DNA of 64,000 nucleotides from Limnothrix sp. BL-A-16 (GCA_041937175.2 CP166615.1:1216001-1280000), one strand, 5' to 3'; shown: positions 41,848 to 53,547, counted from the stretch's first letter. Notes: a model not told the origin generated them from the letters alone. Numbers and translations are program-made.

Positions 41848-43341
41848 TTAGGAAGTGGATTTGGGATGCCAAACCCCATGGAATCCGAGGTTAATCGGCT
41901 GGGGAAGGGCTAAGCGGGCGATCGGGGCATCATCTAGCCGATCGCTCTGCCAGATGCGCAGGTCGCTGCAATCCCGGTTGCCATCATAAACCACGCTCAG
42001 GATCCAACCTGATCGCCCGTCGCCGGTTGGGTCAGCCGCAAACAATGGCTCAGAAGGATAGCATCCCGATTCTAGGCTGGCATAGGTGATGCGGTCGGTT
42101 TGGGCATCGTGGCGGGCAATTGTGCCGAATTGTTCCTGTTTGAAAGCTGCGGGGCGATCGAGGTCGGGCCGATGGGCCGAAAAGTAGCTGTAGCGGCTGG
42201 GGGAACCAACTTCGCTGGGGGCCACGGTCGGAAAGTCCGAATGGCGATCGAACAGGATTCGTTGATCGAGCAATTGCCGCCGCTGGAGATCGAACCGTAA
42301 TTCCACGTATTGGGATGTTGCGAGGGTGGTGATTTTGCCGCTGGCCACTTCCTTCAGGTGTTGGTTGGTGGCAAAGTCCGGGTAACGCGCCATGGTCAGG
42401 CTGACGGAGCGATCGGGATTTTGCCAACCGTTGCCAAAGTGCCACTGAAACCAAGGCTCCGCTTCAATGGTGGCGGTGAGAGTCAGGGTTTCGCGATCGA
42501 CAAACCAAACCTGGGTGGGGCGATCGCCCTGCCACTTCATCGCATCACTGAAGCATTTGAAGTTCAACAGCGCTGGCAACAGTTCCAAACTCAAGGGCGG
42601 AATGCAAAAAACCAGATAGGGCCCCGCCAAAGCACAATCATGGATCAGGGACAGGGACGGTAGCGGCAGTTGGCGTTGGACCAGGAGGCGACCGGCGCGA
42701 TCGAACCGCAGCAAGTTCAGCTTGGGACGGGGGCCCGGCAACGCTCCAAAGTTATAGATTTCGCCCGTCACTGGATCCACTTTGGGGTGGGCAGAAAAAG
42801 CTTGACCCGGTTTCAGCACCCCATCCAGGGAATCGGGGCCGATCGTGGTCAAGTTGTCTAAATCCAGCGCATGGGGCCAACCCCCTTCCCACAGGGCCAG
42901 CAGTCGATCGCCCCAGGGCAAAACAGAAGTATTAGCCGCATTTTTAAGATCGCGCCCCACCCGTTGCCACCAGGGTTTCGGAGCCAGTTGCCCATAATTG
43001 GCAAACAACCATCGATCGGCTGCTTCTTCCTGTTCATAGGCCGCCGTTTGCACCATCCGATAGGTGGCTCGGGCCTGGGGTGGGCCCTGGGGTTGATCGG
43101 GCGATCGGCCAAAATGCACCGCCAACACCGCCCCATCCCCATCAAACCAATGGCCCGTGGGCTGTCCCGATCGCACCATCCGGCCCGGCCCGTTGCGGTA
43201 AAGCGTGCCTTGCAAATTTTCGGGAATTGCCCCAGCGGTCACCGTCAAGGGAGTGAGCGGAAATTCGATCGCCGGTCGCCGCACGGCCGGCAACCATTGG
43301 GGATCGCGACTCGTCTGAGCTTGCTCTGTTGCCAAAACCAT
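41848..43341 (-). CDS. Carotenoid cleavage dioxygenase family protein
   Basis: YRNGPG, HWFDGDG, SAHPK, IHD, WHFGN, EPLF, GFHGVW. Confidence 0.92.
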   Translation of the reverse strand: MVLATEQAQTSRDPQWLPAVRRPAIEFPLTPLTVTAGAIPENLQGTLYRNGPGRMVRSGQPTGHWFDGDGAVLAVHFGRSPDQPQGPPQARATYRMVQTAAYEQEEAADRWLFANYGQLAPKPWWQRVGRDLKNAANTSVLPWGDRLLALWEGGWPHALDLDNLTTIGPDSLDGVLKPGQAFSAHPKVDPVTGEIYNFGALPGPRPKLNLLRFDRAGRLLVQRQLPLPSLSLIHDCALAGPYLVFCIPPLSLELLPALLNFKCFSDAMKWQGDRPTQVWFVDRETLTLTATIEAEPWFQWHFGNGWQNPDRSVSLTMARYPDFATNQHLKEVASGKITTLATSQYVELRFDLQRRQLLDQRILFDRHSDFPTVAPSEVGSPSRYSYFSAHRPDLDRPAAFKQEQFGTIARHDAQTDRITYASLESGCYPSEPLFAADPTGDGRSGWILSVVYDGNRDCSDLRIWQSDRLDDAPIARLALPQPINLGFHGVWHPKSTS

Positions 43342-43468
43342 TGATCTTGCAATCTCCTGGCGAATGATGGCCTGTGTTTCGCGGTTCAGCGCTGTCCTAG
43401 CATCAATCTGGGATCAGACTCTGGGATCAGACTCTGGAATGAATCTCAGGAGCGATCGGCAGACGTTC

Positions 43469-43750
43469 CTAAGAAGCCGTTGCGCGATCGTTTTCCACTT
43501 CCACAGGCGGCACGTTGGGTAATGTGCAGCAGTTGACCTGATCTAGGCAAACCTTGCCCCACTGCAACGCCCAGCGCACCAAAGCCACCCGATTTTCGGT
43601 TCTGGTTTTGGTCAAGATATTACTGATGTGGTTATCAACCGTTCGCTTGCTGATCTCTAACTGCTCCGCAATGTCTTGGTTGGTTAAACCAGCAGCCACT
43701 AGCTCAACAATTTGCAGTTCGCGATCGGACAGGGAGATCCAGTTATCCAT
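43469..43750 (-). CDS. pedR: Small LuxR-type redox-responsive regulator
   Basis: LSDRELQIVELVAAGLTN...SKRTVDNHISNIL...GKVCLDQVNCC. Confidence 0.88.
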   Translation of the reverse strand: MDNWISLSDRELQIVELVAAGLTNQDIAEQLEISKRTVDNHISNILTKTRTENRVALVRWALQWGKVCLDQVNCCTLPNVPPVEVENDRATAS

Positions 43751-43933
43751 GGGACGGTAAGACTTTCCGTTTGTTGAATCCGTATATTTACTTATTGTCC
43801 CCCAGTTGCTTGCGGCCTGGGGAAACAACAACCGGGCCAAACGCCCCGTTGCTTTAGCAACTCAGATCCCTATGAGTGTACTTGACGATTCTTAACATGC
43901 CCATGGGGCACGAGCCGATCGATCCCAGCGGCC

Positions 43934-44752
43934 CTAAATCCAGCCCCGCAACCAGTAAGCCACCATCCCCACATATTCTTTAATGGCCCGGGTTGTGGCC
44001 CGCAAATTATCCGCATCGGGCAAAAAATTCAATGCGATTCCCTCAGGAGAACTGCGCCGCTCGCGCTCATCTTGATCACTGAAGAGAAAATCCGTGGGAG
44101 CCGCGATCGCCTCAATTCCCAGCTTGCGAAAAATGGCGATCGAGCGGGGCATGTGCATCGCTGAAGTCACCAACAACACCCGCCGCAGCCGTTCTCGCTC
44201 CAAAATTTTCTTCACCTCTTCGGCATTTTGGCGCGTGTTCAAGGAATTGGGATCCTGCAACATGTCCTCGCTCGGAACTCCCATCACCCCCGCCAACTCC
44301 GCCATGGCCGCCGACTCCGGCTGACTGCCCCCACCTCGCCAAGCAACCCGGCCACCACTAAAAATCAGCTTCGGAGCCTTGCGATCGCGATAGAGCTTCA
44401 CCGCATAGAGGGTGCGATCGCCCTCATCGGCCAGATCAATCCAGGGACGAGGTGGCTCCGTGGACTTAATGCCCCCGCCCAAAACCACGATCGCATCGGC
44501 CCGGGGCAGGTCACCGGAGCCGCCCGTTTGTTGCTGAAGCACCAGGGCCCGCGACTCCAGCGATCGGGTCAGGGCCACCGCCACCCACCCATTCGCCGCC
44601 GTCCACAAAATCACCAGCGCCAAGGCCACCGCCCAAGCCGCCCAACGCCCGCGCCGCATTGACAGCAACACCAACGCCGCCACCATCAGAGCGCAAGTTA
44701 GCCCCAGGGGATAGAAAAATAGCGGCAGCAGCTTCGATAAAAACAAAAACAT
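43934..44752 (-). CDS. YdcF/DUF218 family membrane protein
   Basis: IVVLGGG, IFSGG, SLNTRQNA, VTSAMHMPR, IKEYVG. Confidence 0.9.
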   Translation of the reverse strand: MFLFLSKLLPLFFYPLGLTCALMVAALVLLSMRRGRWAAWAVALALVILWTAANGWVAVALTRSLESRALVLQQQTGGSGDLPRADAIVVLGGGIKSTEPPRPWIDLADEGDRTLYAVKLYRDRKAPKLIFSGGRVAWRGGGSQPESAAMAELAGVMGVPSEDMLQDPNSLNTRQNAEEVKKILERERLRRVLLVTSAMHMPRSIAIFRKLGIEAIAAPTDFLFSDQDERERRSSPEGIALNFLPDADNLRATTRAIKEYVGMVAYWLRGWI

Positions 44753-45325
44753 GGGCAGCGATGGCAAGGGCGAAAACAAGGACGAAAGCATAGTTCATCA
44801 TTCATAATCCGCCTTTGCTTGTCAATCGCCGTTTCAGCTTCTAATCCAGAACAAGGCAACGAAATTAACGAGTGATTTTTAAAGATTCGGCACAAAATTC
44901 AAAGTAATTCCCAAAAGGGTATTTAACCTAAAAACCACTGAAGCGAGTTGAATCTTAATTGTTGATTGATTTTTGATCGATTTTCAGTAAAACTTAAAAT
45001 TCAGATTAAATTCTTGATCGCCTATCATCGAAATTGTCAAAAATATTTAGAAAATCATTAATTAAGCAAAAAGCACTAAGCGTCAATCAATTCACAATTG
45101 CATGGATCAAAATGCTTAACACGGGCTTAACCGTTCATTGAATAGAAATTAAATGAAAATCAAGCCAGTCGATTCAGTGAAATTCAAGCTATAATTATTG
45201 CCGATTATTTTCGGCCAATCACTTTTGATTGGTTTTAATCGCGCTCAGAGTAATTAAGATTACCCTTTTAATCGGTTTTCAGAATTAGTCTGCTGGATTG
45301 GCTCAATGAATTGAAATGGGATCCT

Positions 45326-45913
45326 ATGCAAACATCGATGACCTTGCCGGAACCGATAACCTTTGAAGCGGCGATCGAGCTAACGCAAGAATGGCTCGAT
45401 CGCTGGGCTACTGGATTCTGGACAACAGCAGAATTTGCAACGGCGGCAGCTCAGTTAGTCGCCAATGTGGCCGGGGCCCGTGGTTTTTTTGTGGTCTATT
45501 TGACCGACGAGCGATCGATTGTGGATCCTGCGCCGGAAGCCCTTGTGGTCACCCTTGCTCAATCGCCAGACCAGGTGTTGGAACTTTTGGTGAAAAACCT
45601 GGCCATGGCGGCGGCCATGGTGGTGATTCACGAGCGATCGGGCGATGGGGCCATGGCTGACCAATCTCGCCGCACCAGCCGCCGATCGGGCAACCTGCTT
45701 CAACAACTGGATCAGTATTTCGCCGCCCATCCGATTCTCCTGGCAAAAGCCGCCAGCCCCTCTATTACAGAACTGTTGCATCAACTCCGAACCGCAGCCA
45801 CCGAGCAAACCGGGCCCTTCGCTGACTTCCTGGAACGGTGGGGCTATGACGATTTGCAACGGCGGGCGATCGTGCGGGCGATCGAGCATGTGGGTGTGCA
45901 ACCGGGTCGCTAG
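45326..45913 (+). CDS. Hypothetical protein
   Basis: GARGFFVVYLT, LVKNLAM, FLERWGYD; host-like composition. Confidence 0.78.
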   Translation: MQTSMTLPEPITFEAAIELTQEWLDRWATGFWTTAEFATAAAQLVANVAGARGFFVVYLTDERSIVDPAPEALVVTLAQSPDQVLELLVKNLAMAAAMVVIHERSGDGAMADQSRRTSRRSGNLLQQLDQYFAAHPILLAKAASPSITELLHQLRTAATEQTGPFADFLERWGYDDLQRRAIVRAIEHVGVQPGR

Positions 45914-46060
45914 ATCAACGGCCAAGCGTTTTCGATCAAAAATCCACTCAGCCACTCAACCAGCGGGAAAATTTATCCCCGATCGTCGCGCTCATCTGGG
46001 GCCTGGGGGCGATCGGTCTCGATCGCTCAAATCCTCAACCCGACGGGAGAACCCCATTGA

Positions 46061-46087
46061 GGCAAGGGGCTTCAACCCCTTGTCTTC
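46061..46087. repeat. Variant REP-like palindrome
   Basis: ggcaaggggcttcaaccccttgtcttc. Confidence 0.7.
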
Positions 46088-46274
46088 ATTAAATTTCAAG
46101 CGCTATTACCGATACTGATGCCAACACTCAAACTTTGAGATTAACTTTGGAATTAATTTTGGAATTATTGTGCCCGTTGTTACCAGGTTTACCTTGTTTA
46201 CCCTTGCCTGGAACTTCCAATGTAACTCCGTAGAATTGCTTTTCTTTTGGGTGCTTTTTTTAACTCAACACTTG

Positions 46275-46488
46275 GAGGATGCTTGGAAAGTATCTTTCGG
46301 CCCGTGCCAAGCACCAATAGTTGTGGAAGGGGCTTAAGCCCCTTGCCTACGTCGATACTTGGAGGATGTTTGGAAAGTATCTTTCGGCCCGTGCCAAGCA
46401 CCAATAGTTGTGGAAGGGGCTTAAGCCCCTTGTCTACGTCGATCACTGGAGCGGACAGAGTAGCAATTTTGGCTTTTCAGACATTCCC
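46275..46488. mobile_element. MITE family A: full copy 46362-46488 preceded by an 87-bp duplicate of its left part
   Basis: GAGGATGTTTGGAAAG ... CTTTTCAGACATTCCC|TTA; inverted homolog of 53548-53677. Confidence 0.8.
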
Positions 46489-46825
46489 TTAGACTAATTA
46501 GCTTTTATTTTCTAATTGATTATTTAGAATAATCGATCCTCGAAATCCATGACAAGCTCCAAAAAATAATTCGATGGGTAACCGAAAGTTATAAGATGCA
46601 AGGCTACCGACGGTAAAACACAGCCTCCACAGTCAAAAATCATTTTGATAATCTCTATCCACACCTTGGTGAATATTTGCGATTCATCAGTCAACTCATT
46701 CACAAATCAACCCATTCACAAGTAAAGGCATCACAAGTCAGCTTAAAAAGCAATGGAGATCTCCCTGAAATTTCATTGGGCGATCGCTATATCTGTGATT
46801 TTTGCTTAACGAAAGTTCAAAATCA

Positions 46826-48658
46826 ATGACACAAGAAACGATCGTGACCCGAAGCAAACAACCTTGGGGTAATCGTTGGCTCGCGTGGATTCTGGCCATG
46901 CTGGTTGGTGTGGGGGTTATTCTCCGATTTAGCCATCTCGAAACCAAAGTGTATTGGGGTGATGAAGTATTCACCTCCTTTCGGATTGCGGGCTACACCC
47001 TTGCGGAAGTCAACAGGGAACTGCTGGATGAGCGCCCCCGCACCGTGGCTGAACTGCAAGCCACCTATCAGCAACCCCATGGGCAGCGATCGATGAATGA
47101 CACCATTCGATCGCTCGCGGAAGATGATCCTCAACATCCCCCTTTTTTCTATGTATTCGCCAGGGTTTGGGAGCAAATTTTAGGCAGTGAATTGGGCACA
47201 AAACGAGCTTTTGCAGCCCTTTGTAGCCTATTGCTCATTCCCGCATCGGCCGGCATTGCGGTGGAGTTGTTTGGTAGTCCGTTGGCTGGCTGGATTGCGG
47301 CGGCCATGGTTTCCCTGTCGCCATTTCACTTACTCTATGCCCAAGAAATGCGGGAATATGGCCTTTGGGCGGCCATGATTGCTCTCACCGGTTGGCTGCT
47401 GTTGCGGGCACTCAGAACGGGTGGCATTTGGGCTTGGGTTGGGTGGAGTTTATCGCTCACCCTGTTGCTCTATACCCATCTGTTTTCAGTCCTAATTGCT
47501 GGGGGATATTGCTTGGTTGCGGCCTATTGGCTCTGGCGATCGAGTCAGGCAGTTCCGGCAGATCAATTGACTCTCACGAGATCATCTTCTGCGGCTAATC
47601 AATCCGCAATAACCGAGCCAGTTGCTCCGGCAGATTCTCCCCCAGCTTCGCTGCTCAGGCAATGGCAATTCTTTGGAATCAGTACCCTCAGTGCTGGTGT
47701 TTTATTTTTGCCTTGGATCATTGCCACTCTCCAAAACCTCAGCACCATTTCCCGCACCAACGGATTCACCGCCCAAGCCGTTCCTTTTAGCACGTTGCTT
47801 TATAACTGGTGGCTGAATCTGGCCCGGCCATTTGCAGATTGGGAGCCAACAGGACAGATTTTGAGCAACCCGATCGCGGCGCAGGGAATTGTCTTGGGTA
47901 TTGCCATTTTAGTGGCCATTAGTTTTTGGAACTTAGCTTATCGTCAACCGCTTTTAAGTCGATTGTTATTGTGGGCCATGATGGGATCACAGGGCTTGGC
48001 ATTGGTGATTTTAGACCTCAGTCAAGGAGGATTTCGATCGACCATTATTCGCTACCTTGCGCCTTGTTATTTGGGCTTGCAACTGACCATCACGGGTTAT
48101 TTATCAACGCTGCTGTTGCCAAACGCCATTCCCGATCGCCCTGCCCAACGCACTAATAGTTCATCCAAATTTTTGTTCATCAAGCAGAGCATTGATCAGA
48201 ACATTCATCACATTCATCGGCGGCTCATTGCCTATAGTCTTTTGGGTGTTCTTTTGATTGCGAGCGGCAGTTCTTGCGCCATGATTCTACCTGCCAATAC
48301 TTGGTGGAACAAACAAGGGAGCTATGCAATTCCTCGCTTGGCTCAAGTCATCGAGCGCTATGAATCACCTTGGGTTATTGCTTACGACACCATGCCGCGA
48401 ATGTTCTCCCTCAGCTATCACCTCAATTCTCGAGTCGTGATGCAATTTATACATGCTCAATCACCTGTGAATGTGCCATCCAATTATGATCTTCTGTTGT
48501 TTCGCAGTTCCCTTGAGGTGCGCGATCGACTGCAACGTTCTGGTTGGCAGGTCGATCGCCAATTTCAAACCAACACCATCTATCCCTATCTATCTCCCCT
48601 GGACGAACAAGCTCAACTTTGGCTGGATTCGGCGCAGCGCAATTCCCTGCTTCCTTGA
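46826..48658 (+). CDS. GT-C (family 39/ArnT-like) membrane glycosyltransferase
   Basis: YWGDE, DPQHPPFFY, SPFHLLYAQEMREY; multiple TMs. Confidence 0.88.
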   Translation: MTQETIVTRSKQPWGNRWLAWILAMLVGVGVILRFSHLETKVYWGDEVFTSFRIAGYTLAEVNRELLDERPRTVAELQATYQQPHGQRSMNDTIRSLAEDDPQHPPFFYVFARVWEQILGSELGTKRAFAALCSLLLIPASAGIAVELFGSPLAGWIAAAMVSLSPFHLLYAQEMREYGLWAAMIALTGWLLLRALRTGGIWAWVGWSLSLTLLLYTHLFSVLIAGGYCLVAAYWLWRSSQAVPADQLTLTRSSSAANQSAITEPVAPADSPPASLLRQWQFFGISTLSAGVLFLPWIIATLQNLSTISRTNGFTAQAVPFSTLLYNWWLNLARPFADWEPTGQILSNPIAAQGIVLGIAILVAISFWNLAYRQPLLSRLLLWAMMGSQGLALVILDLSQGGFRSTIIRYLAPCYLGLQLTITGYLSTLLLPNAIPDRPAQRTNSSSKFLFIKQSIDQNIHHIHRRLIAYSLLGVLLIASGSSCAMILPANTWWNKQGSYAIPRLAQVIERYESPWVIAYDTMPRMFSLSYHLNSRVVMQFIHAQSPVNVPSNYDLLLFRSSLEVRDRLQRSGWQVDRQFQTNTIYPYLSPLDEQAQLWLDSAQRNSLLP

Positions 48659-49290
48659 ACGGGCCTTCAACTGACCAAACCTCGATTGGGCGCAGTCAAA
48701 CTCGATCAGTCTCAATGAATCTCGATCCATTCCAACTCATCCAGCCAAGTCGAAATTCATTGGGATTGATCCAACCCAGCCGTATCAGGTTAAGGGGAAC
48801 TTTACCGGATTCGGTCTGTGTCGCCTGTCTAGTTAGTTATCAGTAATTTTGAGGGATAATGAGACCCAGAGGGGTGAATGAGTGCTAGAACAAATTTAGG
48901 TTGTTGCAGGAATTTTCCATGCGATCGACCATCGTCTAGCCCGTAATGGAGAAAGCAACAAGTTTGTTCTTCGTCTTCGCCAATTCGGATCACCCTCGAA
49001 TTTAATTGCTTCGTAATGTATAAAAAAGCTCTTTGCTATCACGGAAATAACAGTTAAATGGAAATTAATAGGCATTTCAGCAAAATCATCAGTGAGAATT
49101 GATACAACTCGTTCGTCCTAGATTTGCAGCACCCTTGGGCAGCTCCAATCGGCAGCAGCACATCCAGCAAAAAATCGGTGAAAAAGCTTAAACTTCAAAT
49201 GACGGTGATCGGGTCATTTTCTTAAAGATAGTAAGGCGCTGATAGTTGCATAAGCTTTCAAAGAATTAAGCCTCCAAGGAATTAGTCGTC

Positions 49291-52200
49291 ATGAAGCCTG
49301 TTCTTAGCTTGCTATTGTTTCAAGCCTCAGATGAGGATGTCTTATCGATTATTCGAGAACTCTATCATCATCACTTTAATTTAAGCTGGAAGTGGGTTAA
49401 AAATACCAAGCAATTACAAATTGCGTTGGCAAAGCAATCATGGGATTTAATTATCTCTAATCATCACGATACTGGATTAAGTGCCTTTGATGTTCTCAAA
49501 ATTCTGCAGTCATCCAAACGTGATATACCGCTGATTGTTATTTCAGAGGCGATCGAGGATAGTCTAGCTGTTGACCTCATGCAGGCGGGCGCGGTGGACT
49601 GTTTTGTTAAGGGCAATACAACCCGCCTCCCGGAAGTGATCCGTCGCGAAATTCGTGAGGCTCAAATTCGCAGAGAACAACGCTTAGGGGCATCCCAATT
49701 AGAGGCAGTGCAAGAGCGGTTGCAATTGGCGATCGAAAGTTCTGGATTGGGATTGTGGGATTGGTTTATCGATCGCGGCGAGGTCACCCTCAACGAACGT
49801 TGGGCTGACATGATTGGCTATACCCTCGAAGAACTAGCCCCTATTCAATTAGGAACCTGGCAAAAATACACCCATCCTGAAGATTGGCCGAAGGCGGTCT
49901 CAGCGCTGGATAGCCATTTTCAGAACCAAACCAGCGCCTATGAATGTGAATTGCGAATGCGCCATCGATCAGGGCACTGGGTTTGGGTGTTGGCAAGGGG
50001 CAAAGTTGTTGAGCGCGACGCAACGGGCCGCCCTCTGCGGATCACAGGGACGCATCTAGATATCACGGAGCGCAAAGAATCTGAATCCTTGCTCAGCAAA
50101 CGGGAGCGCTACCTAACCGCAATTGTTGAAATCCAAAAGCAACTTTTATCCAACCATACGGATCAGAATATCTATCAAACAATTTTGGAAATTTTGGGAC
50201 CCATTGCCGGAGCTGATCGGATCTATGTGTTTGAAAAGCATCAGGATCGGTTTGGGAACTCTCTCATTAGCCAACATGGGGAATGGTGTCGCCCTGGCAT
50301 TCAATCTCAGCTTAGCAATCCCCAATTTCAGAATTTGCGTTGCCATCCTGAATCAAGCTATTGCCTTGCTCGGTTGACTCAAGGCCAGTTAATTAACAGC
50401 TTAGTTTCCGATGTTTCAATGTCGGAATTCCAGGCTTTAATTGCACCAGAGGTGGCAGCGGTTTTGATGCTGCCCTTGATGGTGGGTGGTCAATTTTTTG
50501 GGTTTATTGGGTTCGATCGCGTCACTCCAGATCTGTGGGATGCGATCGAAATTAATCCCCTCAGTTCCGTTGCGGCAGCGATCGCCCTGTTCAAGGAACG
50601 GGAACTGGCGGTGCGAGCCTTGGCACGCTTAAACCAAGAGCTAGAGGAGCGAGTGGAGCAGCGAACCGCCGCCTTGCAAGATAGCGAAGCCCGGCTACAG
50701 GCAATTATTGATTTTGCACCCGCTGTTATTTATGTTAAGGATCTTCAGGGTCGCCACACCTTGGTTAATCGATCATTTTTGAAGTTTTTTGGCTGCACTA
50801 AGCGCGAGATCTTAGGCAACACCAACCAAGATCTTTTTGAGCCGGAATTAGCTAAAATTCTAGATGCAAATGATAATGAAGTTTATCGGCTTGGTCGTTT
50901 TCAGCAATATGAAGAAGAGGTAGAGATTAATAGCAGATTCTACACGTTTTTGTCTAATAAATTTCTGTTGCTCGATCGAGACTGGCAGCCCTACGGCCTT
51001 TGTGGCATCTCGGTCAATATCACATCTCGCAAAGAAGCTGAAAAAGCCATTCAGCGACAACTGGCAATGATGGAAGCGGCCATTGATGGCATTGCCCTGA
51101 TCGAAAATGGTCAGTTGACCTATGCGAACCAAGCCCATGCCAATTTGCTTGGTTTTGATCAGGTTGAAGAACTTATCGGTCAGCCTTGGCAAGAGTTCTA
51201 TGCCCCTCTGGAAACTGAACGATTTGAGCAGCATATTTTGCCCCAGCTCCAGCGTGATCGCTCTTGGCAAGGAGAGGCGATCGCCCGGCGTAAGGATGGC
51301 AGCACATTCTATGAAGGGCTGTCCCTCACATTGTCTGAAGATGGCACTTTAATTTGCGTCTGTCGGGATATTAGCCATCAGAAACACACAGAGGCACAAC
51401 TAACTAGTCTTTCTAATCGTTTAGCTTTGGCGTTGCAATCGGCAGCGATCGGGACATGGGAATGGAACTTTCAAGATGAAGTTCAGTGGGATTCGCGCAT
51501 TCGTGAAATTTATGGCTGGCATAACTCCGATCGCGATCCCACTTACCAAGATTGGCTGAGCTGCTTACATCCAGAAGATGCCATGGCGATGGAAGCCTTG
51601 AGGCAGTCCATCATGAATCACCAAGGGGAATTAAACCTAGAGCTGCGCATTAATCGCCCCAATGGAGAACAACGGTTTGTGCAATGCTTTGCGATCATTG
51701 AGCGCGACACTAACCATCAACCTTTGCGGATGGTTGGAGTTAACTATGACATTACTGAACATAAACAAGCAGAGCATGAAAATCAATCGCTGAAGGAACG
51801 ATTGGAATTTGTGCTTTCATCCAACCCAGCCATTATTTACACTTGTCAGCTAGGGGAAAATTATCGATTTACCTTTGTTAGCCGTAACATTGAATCGATT
51901 TTGGGCTATCCCAAAGAAGCGTTTTTGCATAATCATGCCTTTTGGCTAGAGCATATTCACCCAGAAGACTTAACCTATGCTCTTGACAACCTACATAATT
52001 TAAACGACCTGAAACATCATGTTTGCGAATATCGGTTCTTGAAGAGTAATGGCGATTATTGTTGGCTGCATGATGAGTTTCGGGTGGTTTACGATACCCA
52101 AGGTAAACCCCTAGAACTGGTGGGCTACTTTGCCGATATTAGCGATCGCAAGGATACCGAAGAAGCCCTCAAACAAACCAATGCGCAATTGGAGCGGGCC

Positions 52201-53508
52201 ACTAGGCTCAAGGATGAGTTTTTGGCTAGTATGAGCCATGAGCTAAGAACGCCTCTTAATGCCATTTTGGGTATGTCGGAAAGCTTGCAGGAAGATATTT
52301 TTGGGCCAATTACGCCAGAACAAACGAAGGCCGTTGCCACCATTGAAAAAAGTGGGCGGCACTTGCTGGAGCTGATTAACGACATTCTGGATTTATCAAA
52401 AATTGAAGCCAATCGCCTGGAATTAGATTTGGATTTGGTTTCGGTTTGGGAGCTGTGCGAAAACAGTTTGGCTTTTGTGAAGCAGTTAGCCTCGCAGAAG
52501 AAGATTTCTCTGAAAGCCTCGATCGCTGAAAATTTGCGGGATTTGTCGATTCAAGTGGATGGGCGACGGATGCGACAAGTTTTAATCAACTTGTTGAGCA
52601 ATGCGGTCAAATTCACGCCGGATTCTGGGGCCGTTGAGCTGGTGGTGATGATGGAAGAAACATCGCAAAAACCACCCTATGAACCGCTCGATCGAGAACC
52701 GATTTCAGCATCCATTTCAGCGCCGATCGAAGCTTCAAATTCCCAAGCTTCAGGTTCCCAAACTTCAAATTCCCAAAGTTCCCATTCAGATTTTCGACCA
52801 GCCCAAATTTGCTTCACCGTTCGCGACACAGGCATTGGCATCGCGCCGGAAAACCTATCAAAACTGTTCCAATCTTTCGTACAAATTGACAGCCGCCTCA
52901 GCCGCCAATATGCAGGCACCGGCTTGGGCTTGGCGCTGGTTAAGCGCATTGCCGAATTGCACGGTGGCCGAGTCAGCGTCAGAAGCGAAGTGGGCCAGGG
53001 CAGTTGTTTTCAGGTGTATTTGCCCTGTTGGTCAAAGGGGCCAACGCGATCGCCCAGTTCTTCTGAAGTAGCCCCGGAACTCCATAGCTCACTGCCTGCT
53101 TGCAACGGAACCCAATTGATTGACCTGCAAGCGACTGAAACCGGTCAGCCATTAATTTTGTTGGCGGAAGATAACGAAGCCAACATCATGACGATTTCCA
53201 GCTATCTGAAGGCACAAAACTATCAGATTTTATCGGCCCAAAATGGACGAGAAGCTATCGAAATGGTGCGATCGCACCAACCCGCTTTGGTGTTAATGGA
53301 TATCCAAATGCCAGAAATGGATGGGCTGACTGCCATTGCCCAAATTCGCCAAGATCCCGACTTTCAATCCTTGCCGATCATTGCCTTGACGGCCCTCGCC
53401 ATGGCAGGCGACCAGGAACGGTGCTTGCAAGCGGGAGCCACCGCCTACTTGAACAAACCCGTAAAGCTCAAGCAATTGGCTAACATGATCCAGGAGTTAT
53501 TAAAGTAA
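49291..53508 (+). CDS. Hybrid sensor kinase REC*-PAS-GAF-multiple PAS-HisKA-HATPase-REC
   Basis: MSHELRTPLN, NLLSNAVKFT, DTGIG, GTGLGL, LMDIQMP. Confidence 0.95.
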   Translation: MKPVLSLLLFQASDEDVLSIIRELYHHHFNLSWKWVKNTKQLQIALAKQSWDLIISNHHDTGLSAFDVLKILQSSKRDIPLIVISEAIEDSLAVDLMQAGAVDCFVKGNTTRLPEVIRREIREAQIRREQRLGASQLEAVQERLQLAIESSGLGLWDWFIDRGEVTLNERWADMIGYTLEELAPIQLGTWQKYTHPEDWPKAVSALDSHFQNQTSAYECELRMRHRSGHWVWVLARGKVVERDATGRPLRITGTHLDITERKESESLLSKRERYLTAIVEIQKQLLSNHTDQNIYQTILEILGPIAGADRIYVFEKHQDRFGNSLISQHGEWCRPGIQSQLSNPQFQNLRCHPESSYCLARLTQGQLINSLVSDVSMSEFQALIAPEVAAVLMLPLMVGGQFFGFIGFDRVTPDLWDAIEINPLSSVAAAIALFKERELAVRALARLNQELEERVEQRTAALQDSEARLQAIIDFAPAVIYVKDLQGRHTLVNRSFLKFFGCTKREILGNTNQDLFEPELAKILDANDNEVYRLGRFQQYEEEVEINSRFYTFLSNKFLLLDRDWQPYGLCGISVNITSRKEAEKAIQRQLAMMEAAIDGIALIENGQLTYANQAHANLLGFDQVEELIGQPWQEFYAPLETERFEQHILPQLQRDRSWQGEAIARRKDGSTFYEGLSLTLSEDGTLICVCRDISHQKHTEAQLTSLSNRLALALQSAAIGTWEWNFQDEVQWDSRIREIYGWHNSDRDPTYQDWLSCLHPEDAMAMEALRQSIMNHQGELNLELRINRPNGEQRFVQCFAIIERDTNHQPLRMVGVNYDITEHKQAEHENQSLKERLEFVLSSNPAIIYTCQLGENYRFTFVSRNIESILGYPKEAFLHNHAFWLEHIHPEDLTYALDNLHNLNDLKHHVCEYRFLKSNGDYCWLHDEFRVVYDTQGKPLELVGYFADISDRKDTEEALKQTNAQLERATRLKDEFLASMSHELRTPLNAILGMSESLQEDIFGPITPEQTKAVATIEKSGRHLLELINDILDLSKIEANRLELDLDLVSVWELCENSLAFVKQLASQKKISLKASIAENLRDLSIQVDGRRMRQVLINLLSNAVKFTPDSGAVELVVMMEETSQKPPYEPLDREPISASISAPIEASNSQASGSQTSNSQSSHSDFRPAQICFTVRDTGIGIAPENLSKLFQSFVQIDSRLSRQYAGTGLGLALVKRIAELHGGRVSVRSEVGQGSCFQVYLPCWSKGPTRSPSSSEVAPELHSSLPACNGTQLIDLQATETGQPLILLAEDNEANIMTISSYLKAQNYQILSAQNGREAIEMVRSHQPALVLMDIQMPEMDGLTAIAQIRQDPDFQSLPIIALTALAMAGDQERCLQAGATAYLNKPVKLKQLANMIQELLK

Positions 53509-53547
53509 TAACCCAAAAATCTGAAGCTAAAAATTACCAATACCTTA

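Noticed and set aside
44830..45310. AT-rich stretch as foreign DNA or ncRNA
   Set aside because: No ORF, terminal repeats or stable structure; consistent with a divergent promoter region.
48862..48888. CIRCE element (HrcA operator)
   Set aside because: Only a right-half-like GAGTGCTAG; no left arm, and none seen upstream of hrcA.
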